The notes under the pieces were generated by a model that saw only the letters and a program-made list of their open reading frames with translations, ran no database searches and was not told the origin of the DNA. DNA of 64,000 nt from Hemiscyllium ocellatum (lineage: Eukaryota): assembly GCF_020745735.1 (NCBI RefSeq), contig NC_083437.1, positions 25,110,001 through 25,174,000 on the forward strand. The letters run 5' to 3'. Shown here one piece after another: positions 24,985-55,300 of the stretch (within the stretch, counting starts at the first letter, position 1; each line of letters opens with the position of its first letter). The translations under genes were made by a program, and so were the position numbers.

Positions 24985-26534
24985 TTGATCTTTGTCATCC
25001 TTGTCTGCAGGAATAGTGCCTGAATACTGGAGGACAACAAATGTTGTTACCTTGTTCAAGAATGGGAGAAGAGACAATCCTGGTAATTATTGACCAGTGA
25101 GCCTTACTTTAGTTCTGGGTAAAGCGTTGGAAAGGTTATAAGAGAGAGGATTTATAATCATCTAAAAAGGAATAAGTTGATCAGGGATAATCAACATGGT
25201 TTTGTGAAGGGTAGGTAGTGCCTCACAAATCTTAGAGTTCTTTGAGAAGGTGACCAAACAGGTGAATGAGGGCAAAATGGTTCATGTGGTGTATCTAGAT
25301 TTCAGTAAGGCATTTGATAAGGTTCCCCACGGTAGGCTACTGCACAAAATATGGATATATGGGATTGAGGATGATTTTAGCAGTTTGGATCAGAAATTGG
25401 TGAGCTGAAAGAAGACGTTGATAGGAAATGCTCATCCTGGAGTTCAGTTACTAGTGTAGTACTGCAAGGATCTGTTTTGGATCCACTGCTGTTTGTCATT
25501 TTTATAAATGACCTGGATGAGGGTGTAGAAGGGTGGGTTAGTAAATTTGGGAATGACACTAAAGTTAGTAGAGTTGTGGATAGTGACAAAGAATGTTGTA
25601 GGTTACAGAGAGACATAGATAAGCTGCAGAGTGAGCTGAGAGGTGGCAAATGGAGTTTAATGCAGAAAGGTAAGAGTTGATTCACTTTGGAAGGAGTAAC
25701 AGGAATGCAGAGAACTGGGCTCATGGTAAGATTCTGGGCAGTGAAGATGAGCAAAGAGATCTCTGTATAGGTACATTGTTCCCTGAAAGTTGCCACCCAA
25801 GCTGATAGGGTTGTTAAGAAGGTATACGGTGTGTTTGCTTTTATTGGTAGATTGAGTTTCAGACCAATGAGATCATGCAGCTGTACAAAAGTCTGGTGCG
25901 GCCATGTTTTGGGATATTGTATACAGTTCTGGTCCACCACATTATAGGAAGGATGTGGAAGCATTTGGAAAGGAGATTTACTAGGATGTTGCCTGGTATG
26001 GAGGGAAGGTCCTACAAGAAAAGGCTGAGGGACTTGAAGCAGTTTTCATTAGAAAGAAGGTTGAGAGGTAACTTGATTAAGACCAGATAATCAGAGGGTT
26101 ACATAGGTTGGATAGTGAGAGATTTTTGCCTCAGGTGACAATGGGACGAGGGGACATAGCTTTAAATTGAGTGGTGATAGACATCGGACAGATGTCAAAG
26201 GCAGTTTCTTTACTTAGTAGTAGAGCCATGGAACGCACTGCCTGCAACAGTTGTCAACTTGCCAAATTTAAGGGCACTGAAGTGGTCATTGGGTAGGCAT
26301 ATGGGTGAGAATGAAATAGTGTAGGTTACATTGGCTTCAGATTCGTTCCACAGGTTGCCGTAACATCGAGAACCAAAGGGCCTGTACTGCTTATAACATG
26401 CTCGAATAGCCTTGTAAGCCTCCCCAGTTACATCAAACTGCCATAAATCGTAGGTGTACTTCACTCCATGGTCGCAGGGGTAATTAGGAAGAACCAATAA
26501 ATGCCTTTCTAGTGATACTTGTAGCCACCATAGC

Positions 26535-27940
26535 CACAGGTGAGGTGCTTGAAGTCTGGAGGTTGGTTAATGTGGTGCCACTACTTAAGAAAAGTGGTAA
26601 GGAAAAGCCAGCAAAGTATAGACCAGGGTGAGCCTGGTATCAGGGGTGGGAAAGTTGTTGGAGGGAATCCTGAGGAACCGGTTTTACATGTATTTGGAAA
26701 GGCAAGGACTAATTTGGGATAATCAACTTGTCTCAACTTGAGTTTTTTGAAGAAATTATGAAGAGGATTGATGAGGGCAGAGCAGTGAATGTGAAATATA
26801 TGGACTTCAGTGAAGTATTCAACAAGGTTCTTTGTGGTAAATTGGTTAGCAAGATTTGGATCACATGGAATAGAGGGAAATAGCCATTTAGATGCAAAAC
26901 TGGCATGAAAGTAGAAGAGACAGGGTGGTGGTGGAAGGTTGCTTTTCAGACTGGAGACCTGAAACCAGCAGTGTGCCACAAGGATCAGTGCTGGGGTCTA
27001 CTGCTTTTTGTCATTATATAAACAATTTGGATGTGAACGTACGTATGGTTAGTAAGTTTGTAGATTGCACCAAAATTGGCAGTGTAGTGGACAGCAAAGA
27101 TTACCTCAATGTAGAATAGGATCTTGATCAGATGGGCTGAGGAATGGCAGACTGAGTTTAATTTAGATAAATGCAAGGTGCTGCATTTTGGAAACGTCAA
27201 TCAGAGCTTCTACACTTTAACAGTAAGGTCCTGGAGAGTGTTGCTGAATAAAGAGACCTTGGAGTGCATGCTCATAGCTCCTTGAAAGTAGAGTCACAGG
27301 TAGAAAGGATAGTGAAGGTGTTTGGTCAGAGTATGGAGTACAGGAGTTGGGAGGACATGTTGTGGCTGTACAGGACATTGGTTAGACCACTGTTGGAATA
27401 TTGCATGCAATTCTGGTCTCCTCCCTATCGGAAAGATGTTGTGAAACTTGAAAGGGTTCAGAAAAGATGTACAAGGATGTTGCCAGGGTTGGAGGATTTG
27501 AGCTATAGGGAAAGGCTGAATAGGCTGGGTCTATTTTCCCTGGAGTGTCGGAGGCTGAGGGGTGACCTTATAGAGGTTTACAAAATCATGAGGGGCATGG
27601 ATAGGGTAAATAGACAAGGTCTTTTCCCTAGGTGGGGGAGGGGGAGTCCAGAATTAGAGGGCATATGTTTAGGGTGAGAGGGGAAAGATATAAAAGAGAC
27701 CTAAGGGGCAACCTTTTCAAGCAGAGGGTGTTGTGTGTATAGAATTAGCTGTCAGAGGAAACTGAGGAGGCTGGGACAATTGTAACAGTTAAAAGGCAAC
27801 TGGATGGGTATATGAATAGGAAGGGTTTAGAGGGATATGGGCCAAGTGCTAGTAAATAGACTCTATTAAGTTAGGATATCTGGTAAGCATGGACCAATTG
27901 GACCAAAGGGTCTGTTTCTATACTGTACATCTAAGACTCT
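26535..27940 (+). mobile_element. CR1 (HER1-like) LINE 3' half
   Basis: RVVVEGCFSDWRP..VPQGSVLG; LYRTLVRPLLEYCMQFWSP. Confidence 0.92.
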
Positions 27941-27941
27941 A

Positions 27942-28740
27942 AATGGAGTTTAATTTAGATAAGAGAAGTGGAGCATTTTGGAAAACATAAATCCATGCAG
28001 GACCTGCACTCTTAATGCAAGGTCTCCGGGAGTATTATTCAACAGACCTCCGTGTGCAGTTCATGGTTTCTTGAAAGTAGAGTCTGATGTAGACAGGATA
28101 GTGAAGAAGGTGTTGGTTTGCTTTCCTTTTATTGGTCAGAATATTGAGTGGAGGATTTGGAAGGTCATGTTGCAGCTATACGGGACATGGGTTCAACCAC
28201 TTTTGGAATACTGTATTCAATTCTGGTCTCTCTGCTATAGGAAGGATGTTGTGAAACTTGAAAGGATTCAGAAAAGATGTATAAGGATATTGCAAGGGTT
28301 GGAGGGTTTGAGCTATGGGGAGAGGCTGAATAAGCTGGGGCTATTTTACTTGTAACATCAGAGGCTGAAAAGTGACCTTTTAAAGGTTTATAAAATCATG
28401 ATGGGCATGGATAGAGTTAATAGCCAAGATCTTTGTCCCAGAATGGGGAGTCCAAAAGTAGACAGCATAGATTTAATGTGAAAGAGGATCTTTTAAAAGG
28501 AACTCAAGTGGTAACTTTTCCAGGCAGAGGGTGGTGTCTCTCTGGAATGAGCTGCCAGAGGAAGAGGTGGTGGTTGATACATTGACAACATTTAAAAGGA
28601 AGGGTACATGAATAGGAAGGATTGAGAGGGATTTGAGCCAAATGCTGGCAAATAGGACTAGATTAATTTAGGATATCTGGTCAGTGTTGATAGGTTGGAC
28701 CAAAGGTTCTGTTTCCATACTGTACAGATTCATGACTCAA
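27942..28740 (+). mobile_element. second CR1 3' fragment in tandem
   Basis: ORF 27978..28355, [28 protein letters not shown]. Confidence 0.88.
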
Positions 28741-29682
28741 AGTACCAAGATTTCTTTAATTGCAGGGATATCCCATCACACCCTCAATACTATCCCTCTG
28801 ATAACATTCTCTTTGTGTGAATTGACAGTCGAGATGATCTGAAATTTTGAAATGCAAATTAAAGTTTGAACCTTGTCTCAATTTGGCATGCTACCACTGA
28901 ACATGCTAATGTTCTGTCATATACTATTGTGTATTTATCAACATCAGGTAGTACATATTGGTTCTGCACCCAACCTCCCCAAAACCAAGAGATGGTGTAT
29001 CTTCCCTACACCACTAAAAACATGAACAGAGGAACTTATAACAAAAGTAATGGAATCCATTGTTGTGAAATTACATCTTTGTTATTTCAGTTGATTCCTC
29101 CTATTGTATTGCTATAAATTATTTAGTTAAGAAAGCTTGTCCTTTTAAAAGAAACATTTTGAACTATGACATGGTGTTGTGTGATTTTTAACTTTGCCCT
29201 GCCCAGCCCAGTCCAGTCCAACATTGGCACCTCCACATCATAAATGATTTAAGCACTAACAAACAAATGATCTATTAGTTCATTTTATTCTCCATTGGAG
29301 ACAGATTTGAAATAAACATAATGTACTTTTTCTAACAGCTTTGATTCTATTAAGTGTTCATTTTTTAATTCGATATTTGTGGGACTGGACTTACTGAAAG
29401 ATCTCCGAGTGTAATCTTGTATCTTGCAAGTGATTTCGCCCAAGGCTGGTCTTCTGTCAGATTTCTTATCATAGAACAGTTACATTGACTACTCATCTGT
29501 TATTATTTTCCCATTGCAACTCAGCAACTTTTCACGAGAAAGACAAGGCAGCTGAGCTTTGTTAACATCAGTTACATTAATTGTTTCATCCATATCTGAA
29601 TAAAATTATTAGTAAAGGCTTTGAACTGGGTCCATCAAGAAATTAAGTGTTACTTCAGCACTTTTATTTTGAAGGACGACTC

Positions 29683-45422
<15,740 letters not shown>

Positions 45423-45682
45423 GGCCGCACCGGGCAAAGTCCACAAAGTATCAGTCAAACGTGGTTGGCCGAAGCGGCATTAACCCCGCCCGTTTGGTTT
45501 TAAATACGTCACTGCATCCCACCCCCCCATTACACCCCACACTCAGGTTCTCCAGCATTGCCAGGGTATGTCGCAGAAGTACGTTGTCCTTCCAACACCG
45601 AAAGAAAAAATAAATAACGTGTAGGGTTAAAAAGGCTGTTATTAAATTTCACTGTAAACGGTTTAGTTCTTTATGTAAACAT

Positions 45683-45688
45683 TTTATT
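45683..45688 (-). terminator. candidate MAD2L2 polyadenylation signal
   Basis: TTTATT (AATAAA on - strand) about 640 nt past the MAD2L2 stop, in AT-rich sequence. Confidence 0.5.
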
Positions 45689-46330
45689 TCCAGCATTTTA
45701 AAAGTATTACAAAAACACAAATCTCAAGCATTTAATTTAAAATTTATAAGATGTCCTTTTATCCAGCGATTCTTCTCGGAACGCCATACAAAATGATGTT
45801 TCGGCTCTCTCCTGGCTGCTAATCAGTCTCTCTCATCCGGTCTGTTCCCTCCTATTTGGTACTGGCTGTAGCCTTTCCCAAAATTGACCAATTCCTTATT
45901 GTGGAAACTGATGGTTAATTTTGGGAGGGGGACGGAATCTAGACAGTCATTTCGTGCCTTTGTACAGTGTTGTATGAATGCTATCCGAACTATTCAGATA
46001 GAAGTTACTACATTGTTAAAACAACACCTAATCAAGCAGGAGATAGCTATTTCAAACTCCGATCTGGAACCAAAAATGTACATAAAATTTCATTTTCTCA
46101 ATTACTGCAGCACAATACAATGTCCAACTACAAACTATCACTACATTACAAAAGGGTTAAAACCCTTAGGTACCAATTCAGGCTTTGGTCCCTAATAATG
46201 TTTCACATTTAGTGAACTTTAAAAGTTCACTTCCACTCCAAATGTCACTTCAGTAATGAAATATAGCCAGTGTTCAGGTCTTGGGATCGCCTCTTCATTT
46301 TGTATGTCAAATCATCTATCCACAATGACA

Positions 46331-46372
46331 TCAGGATGTTTTCTGAGCTCTCTCTTCAACATACAATTGCAT
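46331..46372 (-). CDS. MAD2L2: MAD2L2 coding exon 8
   Basis: [16 protein letters not shown]. Confidence 0.95.
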   Translation of the reverse strand: MQLYVEERAQKTS

Positions 46373-49300
46373 CTATAAAAGAGTAAAAACAAATTAAGTA
46401 CAACTCCAAAAATGATGCCGTAGTATTACACGTACACAGTTTCCTGCAGCATTATTACAATATAGAGTTAGAGTCAGACAGCACAGAAACAGACCCTCCA
46501 GTCTAACCAGTCCATGCCGACCATAATCCCAAACTCAATTCATCCTGCCTGCCGGTGCTTGGCCTATATCCCTCCAAACAGAGTTTAAAGAGATATTGGC
46601 ATCATGTTCCTCAGACATAACTCATGAAGTAGTAGTTACAGAAATCTAGGTTAGCCATATTGGCCACTGATGATTCAAACATTGATACTAGTGGCCTCCA
46701 TTAACACCCCACGTTACCACCTAATCCATTCTTCTGGTCAAGAATTCCTCCAATATCTGACGAGTGTACAATCAAAGATCATGAGCCACTATTGCATGAA
46801 TCACATACAGAACATGCCTCACGAGAAACGTAACTATTACCTTTAAGATATCTGATGTCATAGTTTTTAACGGGATTAGCCGTGGCTCTCGCATGTTCAC
46901 CTCCTGTTCGTCAGCATGGATCCACGGGAAGTCCTACACCGGGAACAAACAAATAAGGCTGAAACATAATCTTAATTGATGGTTATAATGCATTTGTTCT
47001 TGTTTTTGGGAAGTTTATCATTATCCTGGACGCCCAGAGACAGTAGTCTGTGTTGGTTGACCCTGAACCGCGAGTCAGTTATTGTATTGGTGTTGCTAGA
47101 ATTTGTTGGATAGCAAACTCCAGGGTATTATCCAATGACAATATTAGATCAAAGATATATATTAAAGCTAGGATAGCGAGCAACTTGAAAGAAACTTGCA
47201 GGTGACACTATTCCACATGATGTTGCTGCTTTTCGTATTTCAGTAGTAGGTCAGAGGACTGTGTGCAGTGTTTCCAGGTCTAGGTTCGAAGTAGTTGTCT
47301 CCTGCACGATTAGGCATTGTTTTAACAATGTAGTAATTTTTTTTCTGAATAGATTGGAAAGCACTAATACACTGTAGAGAGGTCTCTTTTCATTTCTTCA
47401 GATGATGTGAGTTTTGCTGGCTAGCTAGCATTTATTTCCAGTCCCCAATTTCACTACAAAAAGGTATGGAGAGCTGTCTTCTTGAAACACTGCAGTCAAT
47501 GCACTGTAAGTAGACCCACTATGTTTAAAAAAAAGTTCCAAGATTTTCACCTAGAGACAATGAAGCAATAATAACAACATTGGTCCAAGTCAGACTGACA
47601 TGTAACTTGGAGAAGAACTTGCAGGATAGGTATTCCCATGAATCAGCACAGTTAATCCCTGCAAAATTCTGAGCCTCTGACCAGCTTCTGTATAGATGAT
47701 CCTGCCAATTTCTGGACAATGATAATCTGGATACGGATGGTTGAAACAAGCTTAACACAGATGGGAAAGAGGGTGAATATTGAATTCAGTTCATAGCGTT
47801 TTGTAGCATCCAGGAGGCTGCTAAAACACAGATAGATGGCTAATTTGGCGATACAACAAGGGATGCACTGGCCAAGAAAAACTTTGAAATCAAAAAAGCC
47901 ACTGTGCACCAGACACAGTACAAACACAACAGCCAGGTGCTAATAACATTAGCATAATGTAAAAGGCACCAGTTATTCTGGACAGACATATCCCAAAACC
48001 TTATCCATTAATCAAAGGAGAGGCCAAACAGAAAGGCACTGGGTCCTGCTACACAAAGAAACTAACAATAGCATGCCATAGAACATAGAACAATACAACA
48101 CAGAACAGGCCCTTTGGCCCTCGATGTTGTGCTGATCGGTGAACTAATCTAAGCCCGTCTCCCTACACTATCCCATCATTATCCATGTGCCTGTCCAAGG
48201 ATTGTTTAAATCTCCCTAATGTAGCTGAGTTAACTACAATGGCAGGCAGGGCATTCCATGCCCTTACCACTCTGAGTAAAGAACCTATCTCTGACCTCTA
48301 TCTTAAATCTATTGCCCCTCAGTTTGTAGTTATGCCCCCCTCATACAAGCTGACGTCATCATCTTAGGAAAAAGACTTTCACTGTCGACCGGATCTAATC
48401 CTCTGATCATCTTGAATGTCTCTATCAAATCCTCTCTTAGACTTCTTCTTTCAATGAGAACAGACCCAAGTTTTTCAACCTTTCCTCATTAGACCTTCCC
48501 TCCAGACCAGGGAACATCCTGGTAAATCTCCTCTGCACATTTTCCAATGCTTCCACATCCTTCCTGTAATGGGGTAACCAGAACTGTATACAATATTCCA
48601 AGTGAGGCCGCACCAGCGTTTTGTATAGTTGCAGTATGACATTATGGCTCCAGAACTCAATCCCTCGACCAATAAAACTTAACTTCAGAGATCTATGCAC
48701 ATCCACACTACCAAGAATTTTTCCACTGACCCAGTATTCTGCCTTCTGTTATTCTTCCCAAAGTGAATCACCTCACATTTAGCTGCATTGAACTCAATTC
48801 TGCAGTTTATCCAGGTCCCCCGCATCCTGCAACATTTTTCCACACTGTCCATTACTCCAACGACTTCAGTTTCATCTTACTAACCCAGCCACCTATGCCT
48901 GCATCTAAGTCATTTATAAAAATGACAAACAGCAGTGGTCCCAAAACAGATGCTTGTAACACACCACTAGTAACCGGTTTCCAGGCTGAATATTTTCCAT
49001 CAACCACCACTCATTAACTTCTTACAGAAAGGCCGTTTCTAATCCAAACTGCTAAATCACCTCAAACCCATGCCTTTGCATTTTCGCCCAACAGCCTACC
49101 ATGTGGAACCTTATCAAAGGCTTTACTGAAGTCTATGCACACCATGCCAACTGCCCTACCCTCATCCACATGCTTGGTCACCTTCTCAAAAATTTCAATG
49201 AGGTTTTTGAGACATGTCCTACCCTTGACAAAACCATACTGGCTATCTGCAATCAAATTGTTACTTGCTAGATGATTATAAATCTTTTCCAATACTTTTC

Positions 49301-52300
49301 CTACAACAGACGTAAAGTTCACTGGTCTATAATTACCTGGGTCATCTCTACTGCCTTCTTGAACCAGTGCACAACATTTGCAATCCTTAAGTCCTCTGAT
49401 ACTAAACCTGTAGACAATGACAACTCAAAGATCAAAGCCAAAGGCACTACACCTCCTCCGTAGCTTCCCAGAGAATCCTCAGATAAATCCCATCCGGCCC
49501 AGGGGACTTGTCTACTTTCGCTCCTTCGAGAATCGATAACACCTCGATCCTTTCCAGTCTAATATCTCATATCTCATTTTTCTCCTCTACAATATTCTCC
49601 TTTTCCTGAGTGAATACCAATGAGAAATATTCATTTAGCACTTCTCCGATCTCCACAGGATACATACAACTTCCCACTTCTGTCTTTGACTGGCCCTATT
49701 CCTATTCTAGTCATCTTTTTATTCCTCATATACCTATAGAAAGCTTTAGAGTTCTCCTATATTCTACCTGCTAAAGACTGCTCGTGTCCTCTCTTTGCTC
49801 TTCTTAACTCTCTCTTTAAAACATTCGTAGCTAATCTGTAACTCTTCATCGCCTTATCGGAACCATCTCGTCTCATCATCGCATAAGCCTCATTCTTCCG
49901 CTTAAAAAGAGATGTAACTTCTGTAGTAAACCACGGTTCTTTTACCTTATAACTTGCTCCTTGCCTGACAGGGACATATCAAGAACACGCAATATCTGCT
50001 CCTTAAACCAGCTCCACATTTCGATTGTCTCCATCCCCTGCATTTTGCTACCCCATTCTATGCATACTAAGTCTTGCCTAATCGTATTATAATTGCCCTT
50101 ACCCCATCGATAACTCTTGCCCTGTGGCATGTACCTATCTCTTTCCATTGCTAAACTAAACATAATTGAATTATGGTCACTCTCTCCAAAGTTCTCATCC
50201 ACCACTAAATCAAACACCTGGCCTGGTTCATTACCAAGAACCAGATCCAGTGTGGCCTCCTCTCTTGTTGGTCGACATACTGTGTCAGGAAACCCTCCTG
50301 CACACATTGGACAAAAATTGATCCATCCAGAATACTAGAGTTATAGCATTTCAGATGGAGCATCTAAATGATTGACCCTCGTTTCAAACTATTAAGTGTA
50401 TCTCCATGACTGGCCAGAATTATACTAAGTTCCAGAAAACCATCTAAAAGATATAAAAACAGGGTTCACCTGCAGACTTCACTCTTGGAATCTCAGAGCA
50501 AATCAGTACACATGCTGGAAACTGTACTGAAAACAAAAAATGCTGGAGATTACAGCAAGTCAGACAGCATCCATGGAGAGAGAGCAAGCTAATGTTTCGA
50601 GTCTAGAGTTGTCTGCAGTGACCTCTAGCCTTTGCTGTTTTCAGTTGCTTGTGGAATCTTGTTGAGTCAAGTGAGGCCTTGTGGAGGAGAACAGCATGGC
50701 AAAAGGGAGAGACCCCAGTTGACCATCCAGAGGAAGAGAGGCAGAAAGCAGCTTCACAGACCCAGAGACAGAACCCAAAGAGCGATTGCATAAATTTACA
50801 AAAGATTCAGGAAGTATTGTAACCTTAAGAGGCCAAATAGATTTGAGGTAGTATGTTTAGTAGTAAAGATTATTGTAATTTTGTTCCAAAGAAAGTGAGA
50901 CTGTTTTGCATTGGTACTGGCTTGTGTTGGTATTAATTTCTCCACTTTGGTATTGTGGGACACCTGGGCAAATTCATTCAGAACATTCTGGTCAGAGTTG
51001 TCTAAAATATTTTAAGGCTGATTGTTGACAGTTCCTGCAGCAACCCCATCCAAGATGGGGAAATTTCCAAAATAATCCTTACTTGCACCATGTGGATGAC
51101 AGGGATCAAGAGGTGTATCATTTTTCCTGATCACAATGACAATAGGCAATTCAGTTAAGCATATGGGCAGTGGTCACGGTCAAAGGAGGTATTTATGGAG
51201 CTACCTATTCCCCAGATTTACACAAATGCCCACTGTCATATTCAAGAAAATGTGAAGTATCTACAGAACTCTGCTCTGATGCAGTGACCAGGGAAAGTCT
51301 TCACTATCTATAATCAAGTGCTTTTGAGATTTTAACACAGAAAAATAACTCATTGCTAGACTATAGACTAAAGTGGCAGAGGATTGCAGTTTGGAATCAC
51401 TTCTGTTTGTAATGATATAGATGTGGTTTTCAAGTCATTGGTGTTAAAATAGCAGGTGATACAAAAATAGAAGGAATAGTTAATTCTTTAAATTTAAAGG
51501 AAGTTACAAAAGAGTATTGCTGAGATCATGGAATGGGCTAACAGAAAGCAGACAGAATTCAACTTCAGCATGTGTAAAAGTGAAGTATTCTGGTAATCAA
51601 ATAATAGTTCAAATTGTTTCCAGTTTCGTGACATGAAGTGCAAGACAAATTGGCGATGAATAAAATTTGAGATTTAGATCTCAGTTGATTCAAAGTGAGC
51701 TAATAGCTTGAAGGGGAGGGAACAATTTATCCAGATAATACAGCTAAGATGGTAACCATGATATTGACAGAGGGTGACGGACAAGGTAGAGTTGATGTCA
51801 TCAACCTAAAAATGGCAATTAAGTTCATGTCTATGGATTTTAAGGAGGATAGAGTCAAGGATTGATCAAAGGGGAAACTCTGAAAGCGTGTGTGTAGAAA
51901 CCGCAAGAGAAACCATTGTTGGTTATGCATTGGTGACATTTACACAGTCCAAGAGTATTAGCCATCAAAGACGGAAACAATGAAAGATGATGATATGGCC
52001 ATCTGTGTCAAACACAAGAAGCGATAATGTAAACCATCACAGAAGACCAGCATGGCACAGGTTTTCATTTCAAGGAGTACACGATGCCAGTAAATTTTAA
52101 AAGATGGTGTAATTCAGTTCTTTTTCAATTGGTGAGTGGGACAGGGGTGCTGCTGACATAGCCAATATTTGTTGCCTACCTCTACTTGCTCTTGAACTAA
52201 GTGGTTTGCTAGGCCATTCAGGCAGACAACAGGTAATAGTAAATTTCTGTGGATCTGGAACCACATGCCACCTGTGAGTACAAGAAAAAGACTGAGTGCT

Positions 52301-55300
52301 GAGTGGCATGGTAGAAAGACAATAATCTCCAATGTGAGCAAAAAGAAGTAGCTAGTAATTGACTTCAAGAAATGGAGTAGAGGGCACACCTCTGTCTTCA
52401 TCAATTGTGCTGAGATGTAATGGTCAAGAACATCAAGTTCCTGGGAATGATGATCATCAACAATCTATCATTGTCCACCCATATCAACAGAACAGTCAAG
52501 GATGCAAAACACGACCTCTACTTCCTCAGAACACTAAGGAAATTCAACATGTTCACAAAGACCTGTACAACCTTTCATTGATGCACCGCGGAAAGCATCC
52601 TAACCGGATGCATCACAATGTGGTGTGACAACTGCTCTTCCCAAGACAGACAGAAACTACAGAGAATCATGAACACCACCCAGTCCATCATGCAAACCAG
52701 CCCTCCATCCATTAACTTGATCTATACTTCCTGCTGCCTCAGGAAAGCAACCAGCATAATCAAAGACCCCTACCATCCTGCTTATACTCTCTTCCACCCT
52801 CTTCAGTCAGGCAGAAGATATAAAAGTTTGAATACACAAACAAACAATTCAAGAAAAGCTTCTTCACCACTGTTACCACCCCAGACATTTCATCAGACCT
52901 CCCAAATGTTAATGTTGAACTCAGAGGGTGAAACTCTGTATTCTGCATATTGTTTTGCTACCCTAATGCCCTTTGTATGATACGATCTACCTGTATACCA
53001 TGCAAAACAACGCTTTTCACTGTATCTCAGTACCTGTCACAATAATACAATAAACTCAAACATGTAGGTCAGAACAGGTAAGGACAGCAGATTTTCTTCC
53101 CTAAAAGACGTTAGTGAACCAGATAGGTTTTTGCAACAATCATTCTACTACTATTTGACACACATACTAGCTTTTATATGACTAGCTTTTAAATTCCAGA
53201 ATTTAAATTTCACCATTTGTTATGGTGGGATTCTATCCCATGTTCCCCAAACAGGAGCCTGAGCCTCTAGTGACATCACCACAATGCGACTGTCTTTGAA
53301 CAAAGGAAATTATGAATAATGTAAACAGCCATTGACTTAGTCACACTTGGAAACATAATCTCTCCAACTCGAAACATGAATCATATTAATGTTCACTATT
53401 AACCCATTGCACACCAAAGATTATATTCCATTGCAGAGTCTACCCAGATATTATGCTCACCTTTATCACTTGAATTTTCTCCATATTTCGTGTAGCAACA
53501 TCTCGGGTATGAACCAACACAGTGAAGGTACAACCTAGAAATAAACAACACAATTCTAATAAATACAAAGGAGATAAGATTCGGGGAGAATTTATTTCAG
53601 CTTCTGCACTAGGAAATTCCAAAACAATACTAAGAGAGAGTAATGCCACTTCAGTAGCACAGCAAAATAATCTACAGAGGCATGCAAATCAAAAGTTGCC
53701 AGGCTGAATTCCCAGTGTGTTAGCTTCAGGAGGAGAAGTGGTTAAAAAAAGGTAGAAAGTACTTTTTTATTCCTTCAGTCAGATTATACTCAGTCAGTTT
53801 TTCCCTGGGTGTCTAGCTGAAGTTGGCAAAATTCATAACTTGGTAAAACAATGGGTGAATAATTCATAGCTTGTACAACAGGACTGTGTGTGTTCCTGCC
53901 ACCAAGCACAGACTCACCTGGTGGGTTGCTATCAAGAATTGCATCACAGACACTGATCTTCAGTATCGATGCTCGAAGGAGCTGCTCAACACGGGAAAGC
54001 AGTGAGTCAGAGCTGTAAAACAGCAAATATACATAACAGATACATAATCCAATCAATTAAAAATATGGTTGTTTTTTTGTCCCTTTAAGTACTCTGTCCT
54101 TAACTTCTCTTTCCTCCATTTTACATCACACTCCTTCTGAAGGTACTGACTCATTTGGGCATTGCTGAATTTGCATTAAATACTCCCTGGTAGCTAGCCA
54201 TCAAACGTGAGCCTCAAAAGAGTTTATTTGACTATAGGAAGAGCACAGCCATGTGTGATCCTGGCCTCACATGTAAAATTCTACATACTCTAGAGAAAAT
54301 ACCGACACAGATTCCAAAGCCCCTCTACTCCGAAATGGTTGATTTTGCTCTTTATCACTTCCTAATATTTTTGTAGAGAGCCCTGAGCCAGCCAGTCAGT
54401 CATCAGCTTATGTATTCAGATAAACAGTTAGTGCTTCCCTAAGTTTGCCAAACTCCTCAATTAATCAGAAATGGGCTATCAATTTCTGGGAGGATGGCAG
54501 AGGGGGAAAATCGTTTCCGTCACAATAAAATTAGTACTAGAAAATTAACAATGCTGAAAGTATCTCACCTGACAGACAAGAGAGGAGGTTGTGATATCTC
54601 AAAAACAAAGCGCTCTACAGGATGATGCTCTTTATCCAGGATCACTACCACCATCCGATCCACTTCATTCTAAATAGGACAAAAAAATCACAGATCACAG
54701 TGCACAGGCAGCTCACTATCCAAGTATTAACAAACAGGCATGAACAAGGTTGACCAAAAAGCAGACAGAAGAAATCAATGTTTTATCGGAATGCAGGGAT
54801 GTTTATAAAACTAGTTGTTCAAGAGTAGAGTGGACACTGTCAGGGCCACATTTATTGTCTCCTTCTTAATCCTCAGCACACATGTTAGTCATACAATAGC
54901 ATTAGATAGAAAATTTCAAGATTTTAATCCGATGACAGTAATTGAACAATAGATTGCCAGGTCCACACGGTATGTATTTTGAAGGGAACTTGGAGATAAT
55001 TGTGTCTCAACAAAATGTTTGCTTTTAATCATATATTAGAGGTGCATGCTTTTAACATTACCTTGAAGAGTTGCCATAGTTCATCATTATGGAAGGGATC
55101 ATAATAAAGTCCAGTAGTAGGGTCATCAAGCAGACTACTCAGTCATGAATGCTATCAAACCAAGTGTTCGTGTGACCTCTCAGGGTAGCTAGTAAATGTT
55201 CTATTACATTCTTGACTTTTGCCTTATAGAGGCTTTGAGGAGTCAGAAACTAGGTAATTCAGCACAGAATTCCCAGCCTACTCTTACTCAACTTTCCTTC

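Larger units (their letters stand above)
23100..26400 (+). mobile_element. CR1 LINE ORF2 remnant interrupted by two Penelope-like insertions
   Basis: [28 protein letters not shown]; QLYKSLVRP; CR1 sequence resumes after each insert. Confidence 0.85.
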
